A DNA stretch of 63,476 nucleotides, filler included, from Anaerolineae bacterium (GTDB taxonomy: Bacteria > Chloroflexota > Anaerolineae > B4-G1 > DUEL01), in NCBI GenBank assembly GCA_041082215.1. It is 7 parts of 7 records of this genome, joined end to end, with 100 filler letters (N's around TTAATTAATTAA, not from the genome) between each part and the next. Parts side by side here need not be neighbours in the genome. Positions count along the whole stretch, not along the records: positions 1 to 11,657 come from JBDOIF010000012.1; 6 more parts are not named here. One strand, given 5' to 3'. Numbering within the stretch: the first letter of the stretch is position 1; the number at the start of each line of letters is the position of its first letter. Below are positions 1-9,479 of the stretch, piece after piece. The notes beneath the pieces were generated by a model. That model did not search any database and was not told the origin of the DNA. It was given only the letters and a program-made list of their open reading frames with translations. The position numbers were made by a program, and so were the translations under genes.

Positions 1-100
1 GTGTCTCACGCTCGCCAGACAGGGGAATAGTGGAATCGCGCAGAAATTTTAAGGTACAGGGACTTGACAATGCAACTCATCGGTAGGCCAACCCCTAACC

Positions 101-700
101 CTACACTTTCTCTTCACTTAATCCATTGGACGCCCCGCTCGCTTCAAGGACAGGCCGGATTTCCACCCACTCCACATTCCCACTGCAAACCGCTTCCCGT
201 ATTCGCCTCTCCCTTGTGCTCAATCCTGAGGTGCCTGTCTTTACTTCCACAAATACTACTTTCCTGATCTCCCCTTCACTTAGCCCATCAAAGACCACAA
301 AATCGATCGGACTGCCTATGAACCGCGCATCTTTTGGGTTGTAAGAAAAGTCCGGTAGGTAGGGAACGAAGTGTTCAGTCACCTTTCCCAAAGTTACCGC
401 TTGGCTCCTTTGGATGGCATCCTGCCTGATGACTTCTTCATATCGGCTTTTCCACTGCTCAAATTCAACCTGCATCTCACGACGTGCCACTTCCAGGCTC
501 TGTGCCCGGACTGCTTCAATCTCTTTCTCCCTCCACTTCTCAAACTCCTGCTGCCCATATTCGGCTATCCGTTCCTTTAGCTCGACAATTTGCCTTCTAG
601 CGGCCAAGTATTGATAAGCCACAACCAAGGCAACTATGATAGCTATTCCCAGCAGTGTCAGCGCAATAAGGAGCCCAACAAGCAACGAATCTTGTGACAT
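101..700 (-). CDS. Membrane-anchored Holliday-junction-resolvase-like PD-(D/E)xK endonuclease (Endonuc_Holl-type)
   Basis: N-terminal TM helix and coiled coil, then GKVTEHFVPY...DARFIGSPIDFVVFDG...FVEVKTG, the signature of this family; visibly more AT-rich than its neighbours. Confidence 0.8.
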   Translation of the reverse strand: MSQDSLLVGLLIALTLLGIAIIVALVVAYQYLAARRQIVELKERIAEYGQQEFEKWREKEIEAVRAQSLEVARREMQVEFEQWKSRYEEVIRQDAIQRSQAVTLGKVTEHFVPYLPDFSYNPKDARFIGSPIDFVVFDGLSEGEIRKVVFVEVKTGTSGLSTRERRIREAVCSGNVEWVEIRPVLEASGASNGLSEEKV

Positions 701-764
701 CTCAGGTACACCTCCTATAATCCAAGTGGCCTAACCTCAGTTAAGAGGTGAGGGCTATCTGTTT

Positions 765-1490
765 CTATGGCTGGGGGGGAGGGCCGTGGCCGGGAGGGAT
801 GGTCTCCCCATCCGGCAATCCTCGCAGGTAGGAGCAGGAAACGAACCGCACATCCTCCCAAACGTGCCCTTCCGCCTCGAAGGTCTCGATATCCACGATC
901 CACCGCTTCACTCCGTTCTCCAGCCGGTAGATGTGGGGGCTGTCGGGGCATTTCAGGAGGACGTGGATCGGCGGGCCGATCTCGAAGTCGTCCAGGAAGC
1001 CGTCTTCCACGATGTGGACGTCCCCCCAGGTATAGCCATAGTGCTCGAAGGCGTCCAGGCTGCTGATCCAGCGGAAACGGCCGTCCTGGTAGACATAAAT
1101 TTCTGGGTCGTCCTCCTCTTTCACCACCAGCCCATCCCGGATCACCAGAGCGCGGCTGTCGGGCATAGCGGTGGCGAGGGTGGTGCCGTGCCGGTTGAAG
1201 GGGATGTTGATCAGCACCACCAGGGCCAGGATCCCCAGCGCCAGCCGGCCTATCAGCCGGGCGGCGTGGGAGGGGCCGGGAGGCAGGGAGGGAGGCGGGG
1301 CCTCCGGCTCCGGTTCCGGCGGAGGCGGGGTGGCAGCTTTCGGAGGAGGGGAAGGGGCGGCTTTCGGCGGGGAGGGAGGCGGAGAGGGGGGAGGAGGTGG
1401 AGGGGCAGCCTTCGCCTTCAGCCGCTCCGCCACCTCCTCGGCCAGCAGATCGAGCAGCAGGTCCAGTCGGGAGCGTTCTGGTTTGTCCAT
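765..1490 (-). CDS. Hypothetical membrane protein: Pro-rich linker, one TM, two tandem repeat domains
   Basis: Two similar units, IYVYQDGRFRWISSLDAFEHYGYTWGDVHIV and IYRLENGVKRWIVDIETFEAEGHVWEDVRFV; starts 3 bp after the upstream gene's stop. Confidence 0.7.
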   Translation of the reverse strand: MDKPERSRLDLLLDLLAEEVAERLKAKAAPPPPPPSPPPSPPKAAPSPPPKAATPPPPEPEPEAPPPSLPPGPSHAARLIGRLALGILALVVLINIPFNRHGTTLATAMPDSRALVIRDGLVVKEEDDPEIYVYQDGRFRWISSLDAFEHYGYTWGDVHIVEDGFLDDFEIGPPIHVLLKCPDSPHIYRLENGVKRWIVDIETFEAEGHVWEDVRFVSCSYLRGLPDGETIPPGHGPPPQP

Positions 1491-1493
1491 CGT

Positions 1494-2183
1494 TTACCTC
1501 ACCACGAAAAAGCCGAGGATCTCCCCGATGCTGGCGAAGATATTGGCGTAGAAGTTACCGCCGAGCTGGCGGAAAAGCTCAAAGGGGAGCCCCGGTGCAC
1601 CAATGAAGGGGCGCAGGGTCCAGGCCATCTGGCTGCCGACGAAGGCGTAGAGAAGAATCCACAGCCGGACCACGTTTCGCCGTGCGCTGGCCCCTTCCTT
1701 CCCTCCATAGGAGACGATCCGCATCCCGTGGCTGAGGAAGACGACGCCGATGATGCCAGAGATGGTAAAGACGCCGACGTTGAGCAGTTTGAAGAACTGG
1801 TAGTGGCTGGTAGTGAGCAGGAAGAAAAGGACAACGGGGGCAAAGCTGAGGAGGAGCACCGCGGTGACGGTGATGGCGGAGAGCATCAGGGCGACGTTCT
1901 GCCCCAGGCTCTGGTTGGAGCCGAAGATGAGGTTGAAGAAATAGAGGGTAGGCGCACAGACAACCAGGGTCGCCAGGAAGAGGAGGGGAAGTTTGACCGC
2001 GCTGCTGAGGGCCTGCCAGAAGCTGTGGCTGGAGCCCATCACTGCGCCGTAGAGGGCAAAGAAGGCGATGCTGGAAATGAGCATGGCGCGCATTTTCTCT
2101 CCCAGACCGTTGCCTTCGCGGATTTCGGTGAAGAATTGCCCCCGGTTGCGCAGGATGGTCTCAATGATCGTCAGGTTTCGCAT
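1494..2183 (-). CDS. Multi-pass membrane protein (Yip1-like; ends with a QMAWTLRPF motif)
   Basis: About 5 hydrophobic helices; GGAG RBS upstream; operon context. Confidence 0.7.
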   Translation of the reverse strand: MRNLTIIETILRNRGQFFTEIREGNGLGEKMRAMLISSIAFFALYGAVMGSSHSFWQALSSAVKLPLLFLATLVVCAPTLYFFNLIFGSNQSLGQNVALMLSAITVTAVLLLSFAPVVLFFLLTTSHYQFFKLLNVGVFTISGIIGVVFLSHGMRIVSYGGKEGASARRNVVRLWILLYAFVGSQMAWTLRPFIGAPGLPFELFRQLGGNFYANIFASIGEILGFFVVR

Positions 2184-2208
2184 GGAACTCCTTTCTCTTC
2201 AAGAACAC

Positions 2209-2691
2209 TCACCAATGCACCGCTTGAGTGACCGCGACCAGGACCGACAGGCCCCAGAAGATCCCCCAGGCCACGAGGGCGTACCGGCGGCGGGGGAAAT
2301 GGACAAGGGGGAACAGGAGCGCGATAAGGGCTACCGCCCACAGGGCGGGCCGGTTCAGCCTCTCCTGCCAGCCAGCGGCTGTCCCGTCGGGGGCGAAGAT
2401 GGTCCAGCGGAGCAGCAGGGCAAGGAGGACCGGCAGGGCTGCGGCGGCGATCCCCTCCAGAGCGCCCCACCCGGCATGGGTGGCCTGCAGCTCCTCCGCC
2501 ACCTCCTCGACGCCAAACCGCTCCGCCACATGGGCCAGCGCTTCCGCTTCGCTCAGCCCCCGCTCGCTGGCGTCTTCCAGCGCGGCCTCGAAATGGGCGC
2601 GGATCTCCTCCAGAAGTTCATGCTCCGTCTCCGCCTCCAGATCGAGGCGGGCGCGGATACGGGAAAGGACCTCGTCAACGGTGGGGCTCAA
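2209..2691 (-). CDS. HAAS/permease-prefix-domain membrane protein
   Basis: ELLEEIRAHFEAALEDASERGLSEAEALAHVAERFG motif followed by 3 TM helices; TTG start with AAGGAG RBS; in a PadR operon. Confidence 0.7.
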   Translation of the reverse strand: MSPTVDEVLSRIRARLDLEAETEHELLEEIRAHFEAALEDASERGLSEAEALAHVAERFGVEEVAEELQATHAGWGALEGIAAAALPVLLALLLRWTIFAPDGTAAGWQERLNRPALWAVALIALLFPLVHFPRRRYALVAWGIFWGLSVLVAVTQAVHW

Positions 2692-2692
2692 T

Positions 2693-3370
2693 CTATCTGC
2701 TCCTTGCGGTCAGGCGTTCACCCCTCCGCCTGTCGGAGAAAAACGAGGCGGTCGCGCACCCCCACGCCAGGCCCAGGCCACCCAGCAGGGCCAGCAGGCG
2801 CCCCGCCGTTCGATTCTGACGCATATAGACCAGCGCCCCCGCCGTCAGGAGGAGCATGGCGGCCATCATGGAGGGAAACCAGCAGGACGAGTTCACCTCG
2901 TCGTAGGAGACCCATACCGCCCAGGGCATCAGGCCATACAGCATAAAGGAGAGAAGGGTCCAATCCTGCCAGATGCCCGTGAAGAGACGGAGCAGGGGGC
3001 GCGGCGAACGGGTAAGCAGGAGAGCCATCGCCGCCATTGCAGAAAATGGGATCCAGGCTCGCCATCCCCATAGCTCGCTCCGCCGGAAGGTGTGGCCCAG
3101 GAGAGTGACACCAGGTGTGCTCACATCTGTCCAGTAAACGGTCAAAATCAACACGCTCCCCAGATAGGGGTAGGACCAGCGGGGGAATCCCTTCACCCAT
3201 CCTGCGCCGAGGCCGAAGAGCAGGACAAGATAGCCGACCGCCAGCGGCCAGAACGTCGTCCATCCGAACCACAGGCCGTAAGGGGCCACCAGGAGTCCGA
3301 AGACAAGGAACGGAACCGCCCCCAGCGTGCTCTCGCCCCAGCCTCTCTTCCCGTACCGGTGGGAGTCCAC
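2693..3370 (-). CDS. Multi-pass membrane protein, function unknown
   Basis: About 7 Trp-rich hydrophobic segments; directly downstream of padR; start uncertain. Confidence 0.6.
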   Translation of the reverse strand: MDSHRYGKRGWGESTLGAVPFLVFGLLVAPYGLWFGWTTFWPLAVGYLVLLFGLGAGWVKGFPRWSYPYLGSVLILTVYWTDVSTPGVTLLGHTFRRSELWGWRAWIPFSAMAAMALLLTRSPRPLLRLFTGIWQDWTLLSFMLYGLMPWAVWVSYDEVNSSCWFPSMMAAMLLLTAGALVYMRQNRTAGRLLALLGGLGLAWGCATASFFSDRRRGERLTARSR

Positions 3371-3403
3371 GACCGTCTCCGTCCTGACCTCCCCGGTGAA
3401 TCC

Positions 3404-3808
3404 TTAAGGAATCACCCTGTCTGGCCCCAAAAGCAGGCTCATTCCCTGCCGCAGGGTCTCCCATTTCCGCAACTCTACCTCCAACCGACGACGGCCCTTC
3501 TCGGTGATGACGTACACCTTGCGCTGGCGCGTGCCGGGTTCTCCCTCCCGACGGCTTGTCAGCAGCCCGGCCTGTTCCATCTGGTGAAGCCGGGGGTAGA
3601 TCAACCCTTCCTTAAACTGGAGCAATCCCTGACTGCGGGCTTCCAGCTCCTGGATGATCTGGTAGCCGTGCATAGGCTGGCCCGCGTCTGCAAGCAGTTT
3701 GAGGATCGCCAGGGTGGTCGTGCCCTTGCGCATCTGGTCAATCTGGCGCTCAGGAGGGCCTTTATCCAACCGGACCTGCCCAGCCAATTCCCTGCTGTCC
3801 CTGTCCAT
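3404..3808 (-). CDS. PadR-family transcriptional regulator
   Basis: MHGYQIIQEL...EGLIYPRLHQMEQAGLL...RKVYVITEKGR wHTH signature. Confidence 0.92.
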   Translation of the reverse strand: MDRDSRELAGQVRLDKGPPERQIDQMRKGTTTLAILKLLADAGQPMHGYQIIQELEARSQGLLQFKEGLIYPRLHQMEQAGLLTSRREGEPGTRQRKVYVITEKGRRRLEVELRKWETLRQGMSLLLGPDRVIP

Positions 3809-3851
3809 CTTCCCTTTCTACTATAGTATTTTATCCCTAATTTACTTAAAT

Positions 3852-3879
3852 ATTATACCACCTTTTTCCCCATTGTCAA
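3852..3879 (-). promoter_or_regulatory. Sigma70-type promoter of the padR operon
   Basis: Minus strand TTGACA (3879-3874), 16-bp spacer, TATAAT (3857-3852). Confidence 0.7.
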
Positions 3880-3936
3880 GCCCCAATCTTGCCGAGGTTC
3901 GGACGCGAGTTCGGGCCCGAATACATCCCGCCCGGC

Positions 3937-3977
3937 TTGACTTTTTCCATCCCCGTGGTATACTTTTCAACCTGAAA
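3937..3977 (+). promoter_or_regulatory. Promoter of the marR-ABC operon with a possible MarR operator
   Basis: TTGACT (3937-3942), 16 bp, TATACT (3959-3964), followed by the palindrome TTTCA-ACC-TGAAA (3965-3977). Confidence 0.55.
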
Positions 3978-4024
3978 TTTTTTTCTGATGAACTATTTGC
4001 GCTTGCCTGGCGGAAAAGGGGACG

Positions 4025-4486
4025 ATGGGGATGAAAAACGAACTGGAAACGCTGGAGATGCTCCTATTCCAGCTCATGCGGGCCTTTCAGCTCCGCTTTG
4101 CCCAGGACCTGGGCCGTTACGACATCACCTTTCCCCAACTCATGACTCTCCTCTTCCTGGAACGGACCGATAAGCCCTGCCGGATGGGCCCCCTGGCCGA
4201 AGCCACCATGCAAAGCGCTCCCTCCACAACGGCGATGGTGGACCGGCTTCTGGAGCGGGGGCTTGTGGAGCGGCAGCGCGACCCCCAGGACCGCCGCTCG
4301 GTCGTCGTTTCGCTGACAGAGGCCGGGGAGCAACTGGTCCGGCAGGTCAAAGCCGACCGCCACCACACAGTGAAAAGGGTGCTGGGACAACTGTCCCCCC
4401 AGGAGCGGGCCTGCCTGCGCGACATCCTGGATAAGATGGTCCAGTCCCTGGAGGCAACGGGGGTTCCGGAGGGGAACTCACCATAG
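4025..4486 (+). CDS. MarR-family transcriptional regulator
   Basis: TTAMVDRLLERGLVERQRDPQDRRSVVVSLTEAG motif. Confidence 0.92.
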   Translation: MGMKNELETLEMLLFQLMRAFQLRFAQDLGRYDITFPQLMTLLFLERTDKPCRMGPLAEATMQSAPSTTAMVDRLLERGLVERQRDPQDRRSVVVSLTEAGEQLVRQVKADRHHTVKRVLGQLSPQERACLRDILDKMVQSLEATGVPEGNSP

Positions 4487-4550
4487 CTGCACAGAAAGGG
4501 TGTCCTCTGCGCTCCTGCGGCCACCCTGCAATTGAAGGGAGTTCGACCCT

Positions 4551-6821
4551 ATGTTGCGATTGTTCAGGTATCTGAAACCGTATTTGCTGCTGGTCCTGCT
4601 GTCGGTGGTTCTGCTCTTCGTGCAGGCCGACGCCAACCTGGCCCTGCCCGACTACATGTCCCAGATCGTCAATGTGGGCATCCAGCAGGGAGGGGTGGAG
4701 GAGGCCGTGCCGGAGGCCCTCCGGCAGACGACAATGGACCGGCTGCGGCTCTTCCTCACCGAGGAGGAGTTCGCAGACGTTCTGGATCAGTACACACTGG
4801 TTGACCGGTCGTCGCCGGACTACCAGGCCTACCTGGAGCGGTATCCGGCGCTGGCGGACGGGCCGGTGTACGTCCTGCAGGCCACCGACCGGGAGACCAT
4901 CGAGCGGTTGAACCCGGTGATGGGCCGGGCATTGCTCATCCTGTTCGCCGTCGAACAGATTCAGAAAAACCCGGCGCAGGCCGCTGCGCTGATGCCGGGG
5001 ATGGGGCCGTTCGACCTTTCCAGGATTCCGCCGGGGACGGACCTCTTCGCCCTGCTTTCCCAACTGCCGGCCCAGCAGCGGGCTGCCATCGGAGAGGCTG
5101 TAGACCGGCGGTTCGAGCCGCTGGGCGGGGAAAGGGCGATGGTCCAGGCCGCCGCGCGGGCGGTCCGCGCCGAGTATGAGGCGCTGGGAATGGATGTCGT
5201 CCATATCCAGAACGCCTATGTCCTCCGCGTCGGGGGGGAGATGCTGCTCGTGTCAGCGGTGGCGGCGGTCGCCACCATCGCCGTCGGCGTCCTCGCCGCG
5301 CGCACCGCCGCCGGCCTGGCACGCGACCTGCGGCGGTTCTTCTTCGAGAAGGTGATGCATTTCTCCCGCGCCGAACTGGACCGCTTCTCCACCGCCTCGC
5401 TGATCACCCGCTCCACCAACGACATCACCCAGATTCAAATGGCGATGATGTTCATGCTCCGCATGGTCTTCTACGCCCCCCTCATCGGCTTCGGCGCACT
5501 CATCCGCGCCCTGAGCAAAAGCCCCTCGATGTGGTGGATCATCGGCCTGGCCGTGGGCTGTCTTATCGCTCTGGTTTCCGTCGCCTTCCGCCTCGCCGAG
5601 CCGAAGTTCAAGCTGATCCAGTCGCTCGTTGACCGCCTGAACCGGATCGCCCGGGAGAACCTGGCCGGCATGATGGTCGTCCGCGCCTTCAACCGCGAGC
5701 GGTACGAGGAGGAACGGTTCGACCGGGCCAACCGGGACCTGACCCAGACGATGCTTTTCGTCGGGCGGCTCTTCGTGGTCATGATGCCGGCGATGATGAT
5801 GGTGATGAACGGGGTCTCCATCCTGATCCTCTGGGTTGGCTCCCATCAGGTGGCCCAGGCGACGATGCGCATCGGGGACATGATGGCCTTCCTCCAGTAC
5901 GCGATGCAGATTTTCTTCGCCTTCACAATGATCTCGATGCTCTCCGTGATGATCCCACGCGCCAACGTCGCCGCCCAGCGGGTGGCGGAGGTGCTGGAAA
6001 CGGAGGTGACCGTCCGCGATCCCGAGGACCCGGTGAGCTTTCCCGAACCCTTCGAGCCCAGCATTGAGTTCCGCAACGTCTGTTTCCGCTACCCGGACGC
6101 CGAGGAGTATGTGCTGAAGGACATCACCTTCACGGTACAGGCCGGGGAGACGGTGGGGATCATCGGCACGACTGGCTCCGGTAAGTCAACCCTCATCAAC
6201 CTGATCCCCCGCTTCTACGACGTGACGGAAGGGGCGATCCTCATCGGCGGGGTGGACATCCGCCGGGTCCGTCTGAGCGACCTGCGGGACCGGATCGGTT
6301 ACGTCCCCCAGCAGAGCAACCTGTTCAGCGGTACCATCGAAAGCAACCTTCGCTTCGCCGAGGAGGAAGCCGACACAGAGGCGATGCAGCGGGCGCTGGA
6401 GATCGCCCAGGCAGAGGACATCATCCGCTCGCGTACTGAGGAAGGGGGGGATGGCCGCTCGCCGCTGTCAGCGGAGGTGGCGCAGCACGGGGCCAACTTC
6501 TCCGGCGGGCAGAAACAGCGGCTCGGCATCGCCCGCGCCCTGGTCAAGGGGCCACCGATCTACATCTTCGACGACTCCTTCTCATCGCTGGACTACAGGA
6601 CCGATGCCCGCCTGCGGCATGCCCTGAAGGAATACGTCGGCGGGAGCACGGTGATCATCATCTCCCAGCGGGTGGCGACGATCAAGGACGCCGACCGCAT
6701 TCTGGTGCTGGACGGCGGGGAGCTGATCGCGCAGGGGAGCCACGAGGAACTGATGGAGAGCTGTGAAGTGTACCGCGAGATCGCGCACTCGCAGTTGAAG
6801 CTGCAGGAGGTGCTGGTATGA
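4551..6821 (+). CDS. ABC exporter, fused TMD-NBD, degenerate-site subunit, with a large loop insertion after TM1
   Basis: Walker A GTTGSGKS, signature FSGGQ, Walker B YIFDDS (E to D), switch ISQR (H to Q). Confidence 0.92.
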   Translation: MLRLFRYLKPYLLLVLLSVVLLFVQADANLALPDYMSQIVNVGIQQGGVEEAVPEALRQTTMDRLRLFLTEEEFADVLDQYTLVDRSSPDYQAYLERYPALADGPVYVLQATDRETIERLNPVMGRALLILFAVEQIQKNPAQAAALMPGMGPFDLSRIPPGTDLFALLSQLPAQQRAAIGEAVDRRFEPLGGERAMVQAAARAVRAEYEALGMDVVHIQNAYVLRVGGEMLLVSAVAAVATIAVGVLAARTAAGLARDLRRFFFEKVMHFSRAELDRFSTASLITRSTNDITQIQMAMMFMLRMVFYAPLIGFGALIRALSKSPSMWWIIGLAVGCLIALVSVAFRLAEPKFKLIQSLVDRLNRIARENLAGMMVVRAFNRERYEEERFDRANRDLTQTMLFVGRLFVVMMPAMMMVMNGVSILILWVGSHQVAQATMRIGDMMAFLQYAMQIFFAFTMISMLSVMIPRANVAAQRVAEVLETEVTVRDPEDPVSFPEPFEPSIEFRNVCFRYPDAEEYVLKDITFTVQAGETVGIIGTTGSGKSTLINLIPRFYDVTEGAILIGGVDIRRVRLSDLRDRIGYVPQQSNLFSGTIESNLRFAEEEADTEAMQRALEIAQAEDIIRSRTEEGGDGRSPLSAEVAQHGANFSGGQKQRLGIARALVKGPPIYIFDDSFSSLDYRTDARLRHALKEYVGGSTVIIISQRVATIKDADRILVLDGGELIAQGSHEELMESCEVYREIAHSQLKLQEVLV

Positions 6822-8719
6822 CGATGGGACCCCCTCCGTCCCGAATCCTCGACGCGGCCCGTTCGGCGCCGCCAGCCGGACCAGGAGCCCGGGGAGGCCG
6901 CGGCCCGATGGGTGGAGGGCCGCGCCATATGATGTTGGGGCCGGTGGAGAAGCCCCGCGACTTCCGGGGGACGATGCGCAAGCTGATCGGTTACCTGGGC
7001 CCCCATCGGATCACCATCCTGGTCGTCTTCCTCCTCGCCGCGGCCTCCACCGTCTTCTCCATTTTCGGCCCCAAGGTCCTCGGCACGGCAACGACCAGGC
7101 TGTTTGAGGGGCTGATCGCCCAACTGACCGGCACGGGCACGATTGACTTCGCCGCCATTGGGCGGATCCTGCTCACGGTGCTCGGGCTCTATCTGGCTTC
7201 GGCGGGGCTCAGCTACGCCCAGGGCTGGCTGATGAACGACGTCTCCGTCGAGATCACGTACCGGATGCGAAAGGACATCTCGGCCAAGATCCACCGTATG
7301 CCCTTCCGCTACTTCGACGGCACAACCCACGGCGAGGTCCTCTCCCGCCTGACCAACGATGTGGACACCGTCAGCCAGACCCTTAACCAGAGCCTGACGC
7401 AGATGGTGACCTCCTTCGTCACCGTCGTCGGCATGCTGGCGATGATGTTCTCCATCTCCTGGCAGATGACGCTGGTGGCGTTGCTCATCATCCCCCTCTC
7501 CAGCGGCGTGGTCATGCTCATCGTCCGCCGCTCGCAGCGGTACTTCGCCGACCAGCAGGCGCTGCTGGGCCGCGTCAACTCCCATGTAGAAGAGATGTTC
7601 GGCGGGCACGTGGTGGTCAAAGCCTTCAACAGTGAGGAAAAGGCCATCCGCCGGTTCGCCGAACACAACGATGCCCTCTACAACGTAGCCTGGAAGGCCC
7701 AGTTCCTTTCCGGTATCATCATGCCAGCGATGGGCCTCATCGGCAACCTGGGCTATGTGGGGGTGGTCGTGCTGGGCGGGTACCTGGCCTTTCGCGGCCG
7801 CATCACCGTCGGCGACATCCAGGCCTTCATCCAGTATGTCCGTTCCTTCACCCAGCCCATCACCCAACTGGCCAACATCTCCAACGTCATCCAGCAGACC
7901 GTCGCTGCGGCGGAGCGGGTGTTCGAGTTCCTGGGCGAAGCGGAGGAGGTCCCCGACCCTGAGCAGCCTGTCAGTCTGGATAAGGTGAAGGGGCATGTCC
8001 AGTTCCAGAACGTCCGCTTCAGCTACGTCCCCGGCAAGCCTGTGATCAGGGGATTCTCCGCCGACATCCGGCCCGGCCAGAAGGTGGCCATCGTGGGGCC
8101 GACGGGCGCGGGGAAGACGACGCTGGTCAAACTGCTGATGCGCTTCTACGATGTGGACGAGGGGGCCATCCTGGTGGACGGGCACGATGTGCGGGAGTTC
8201 CGCCGGGCCAACCTGCGGCGGCTGTTCGGGATGGTGCTGCAGGATACCTGGCTGTTCAACGGCCCGATCTTCGATAACATCCGCTACGGCCGGGAGGAGG
8301 CCACAGAACAGGATGTGTTGCAGGCGGCAAAGGCGGCCCACATTGACCGCTTCATCCGCACCCTGCCCGATGGCTACCGCGCCGAGATCAACGAGGAGGT
8401 GACCAACATCTCCCACGGGCAGAAACAGTTGATGACCATCGCCCGGGCCATCCTGGCCGACCCGCCGATGCTGATCCTGGATGAGGCGACCAGTTCGGTG
8501 GACACCCACACCGAGCTGCTGATCCAGCAGGCGATGGCCGTGCTGATGCGTGGGCGAACCAGCTTTATCATCGCCCATCGCCTCTCCACCATCCGCGACG
8601 CCGATCTGATCCTGGTGGTACGGGATGGCAACATCGTGGAGCAGGGGACCCACGACGAACTCCTGGCGCGGGGCGGCTTCTACGCCGAGCTCTACAACAG
8701 CCAGTTTGAGCCGGTTTGA
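6818..8719 (+). CDS. ABC exporter, fused TMD-NBD, partner subunit (TM287/288-type heterodimer)
   Basis: GPTGAGKT, ISHGQ, LILDEAT, AHRL; ATGA overlap with the previous gene. Confidence 0.92.
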   Translation: MTMGPPPSRILDAARSAPPAGPGARGGRGPMGGGPRHMMLGPVEKPRDFRGTMRKLIGYLGPHRITILVVFLLAAASTVFSIFGPKVLGTATTRLFEGLIAQLTGTGTIDFAAIGRILLTVLGLYLASAGLSYAQGWLMNDVSVEITYRMRKDISAKIHRMPFRYFDGTTHGEVLSRLTNDVDTVSQTLNQSLTQMVTSFVTVVGMLAMMFSISWQMTLVALLIIPLSSGVVMLIVRRSQRYFADQQALLGRVNSHVEEMFGGHVVVKAFNSEEKAIRRFAEHNDALYNVAWKAQFLSGIIMPAMGLIGNLGYVGVVVLGGYLAFRGRITVGDIQAFIQYVRSFTQPITQLANISNVIQQTVAAAERVFEFLGEAEEVPDPEQPVSLDKVKGHVQFQNVRFSYVPGKPVIRGFSADIRPGQKVAIVGPTGAGKTTLVKLLMRFYDVDEGAILVDGHDVREFRRANLRRLFGMVLQDTWLFNGPIFDNIRYGREEATEQDVLQAAKAAHIDRFIRTLPDGYRAEINEEVTNISHGQKQLMTIARAILADPPMLILDEATSSVDTHTELLIQQAMAVLMRGRTSFIIAHRLSTIRDADLILVVRDGNIVEQGTHDELLARGGFYAELYNSQFEPV

Positions 8720-8739
8720 GCCTGCCCGGTAGTCGTTGG

Positions 8740-8768
8740 TTGACAACCCCCTGGCGGCGTGTTATACT
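8740..8768 (+). promoter_or_regulatory. Promoter of tRNA-Lys
   Basis: TTGACA (8740-8745), 17 bp with extended-10 TG, TATACT (8763-8768); tRNA starts at 8780. Confidence 0.85.
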
Positions 8769-8779
8769 TCCCGCCACAG

Positions 8780-8853
8780 GGGCCGTTAGCTCAGTCTGGC
8801 AGAGCAGGGGCCTTTTAAGCCTTTGGCCGCAGGTTCGAATCCTGCACGGCCCA
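8780..8853 (+). tRNA. trnK: tRNA-Lys (anticodon UUU), CCA not encoded
   Basis: Cloverleaf: GGGCCGT/ACGGCCC acceptor, GCTC/GAGC D stem, GGGGC-CTTTTAA-GCCTT anticodon arm, GCAGG-TTCGAAT-CCTGC T arm. Confidence 0.95.
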
Positions 8854-8859
8854 CTGCAA

Positions 8860-8907
8860 GGACGTGGAAATGCGGGGACGCGGGGATACGGAGACACGGA
8901 GAACGCG
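8860..8907. repeat. Degenerate 8-bp tandem repeat (GG[G/A]GAC[G/A]C family)
   Basis: ggaaatgc-ggggacgc-ggggatac-ggagacac; same unit at 26743-26800 and inverted at 28070-28100. Confidence 0.7.
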
Positions 8908-8936
8908 AAGTAGAAAGATGTTCTCCGTGTCTTTGT
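8892..8936 (+). terminator. Stem-loop after the tRNA, possible terminator
   Basis: Perfect 13-bp stem AGACACGGAGAAC/GTTCTCCGTGTCT, 15-nt loop, short T-rich tail. Confidence 0.5.
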
Positions 8937-8963
8937 ATAAGTCCTGTCGTAAGGGGAGGCGGC

Positions 8964-9476
8964 ATGGTCCTGCCGATGTGGGCCTTCTGGGTCGCGCTGG
9001 CGGTGATGGGGATCGGGCTGGCGGGGGTGGTCCTGCCGGCGATCCCCGGCGTGGGATTGATCTGGGCCGCCGCCCTGGCCTATGCCATCGCCGAGGGCTT
9101 TGCTACCATTGACCCCATCACCATGATCGTGCTCACCCTGCTGGGAGCGATCGGGGTAACAGCGGACATCTGGGTGAGTCAGGCGGGGGGCAAGCTGGGC
9201 GGGGCCTCCTGGCAGGCACTGCTGGCCGGCCTGGGGCTGGGGGCGGTCGGGTTTGTCATCGGGCTACTGGTGGGAGGGATCGGCGCGCTCCCGGCGGGGA
9301 TGATCGGCACCCTGGCGGGCATCCTCCTGGTGGAATACCTGCGCCGGAAGGACTGGAAAGAAACGGTGCGGGTCGGGGCGGGCTGGGCCGCGGGCTGTCT
9401 TCTTTCCGGGGTGGTGCAGCTTCTGGTCAGCCTGCTGATGATCCTCATCTTCGTCTGGCAGGTGTTGAGGGGATAA
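8964..9476 (+). CDS. DUF456-family membrane protein
   Basis: GLAGVVLPAIPGVGLIW motif and Gly-rich TM helices; start moved to ATG 8964 after the GGGAGG RBS. Confidence 0.8.
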   Translation: MVLPMWAFWVALAVMGIGLAGVVLPAIPGVGLIWAAALAYAIAEGFATIDPITMIVLTLLGAIGVTADIWVSQAGGKLGGASWQALLAGLGLGAVGFVIGLLVGGIGALPAGMIGTLAGILLVEYLRRKDWKETVRVGAGWAAGCLLSGVVQLLVSLLMILIFVWQVLRG

Positions 9477-9479
9477 AGG

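Noticed and set aside
1290..1410. GGA/GGC-rich repeats
   Set aside because: They encode the Pro-rich linker of the 765-1490 protein
6593..8746. Long antisense ORFs (also 786-2231, 19759-21213, 21499-23400, 40804-42438, 57071-58576)
   Set aside because: Shadow frames of well-supported genes in high-GC DNA; no motifs
8780..8960. tRNA-Lys as an integration site
   Set aside because: No integrase or duplicated tRNA 3' end seen; flanking genes look core
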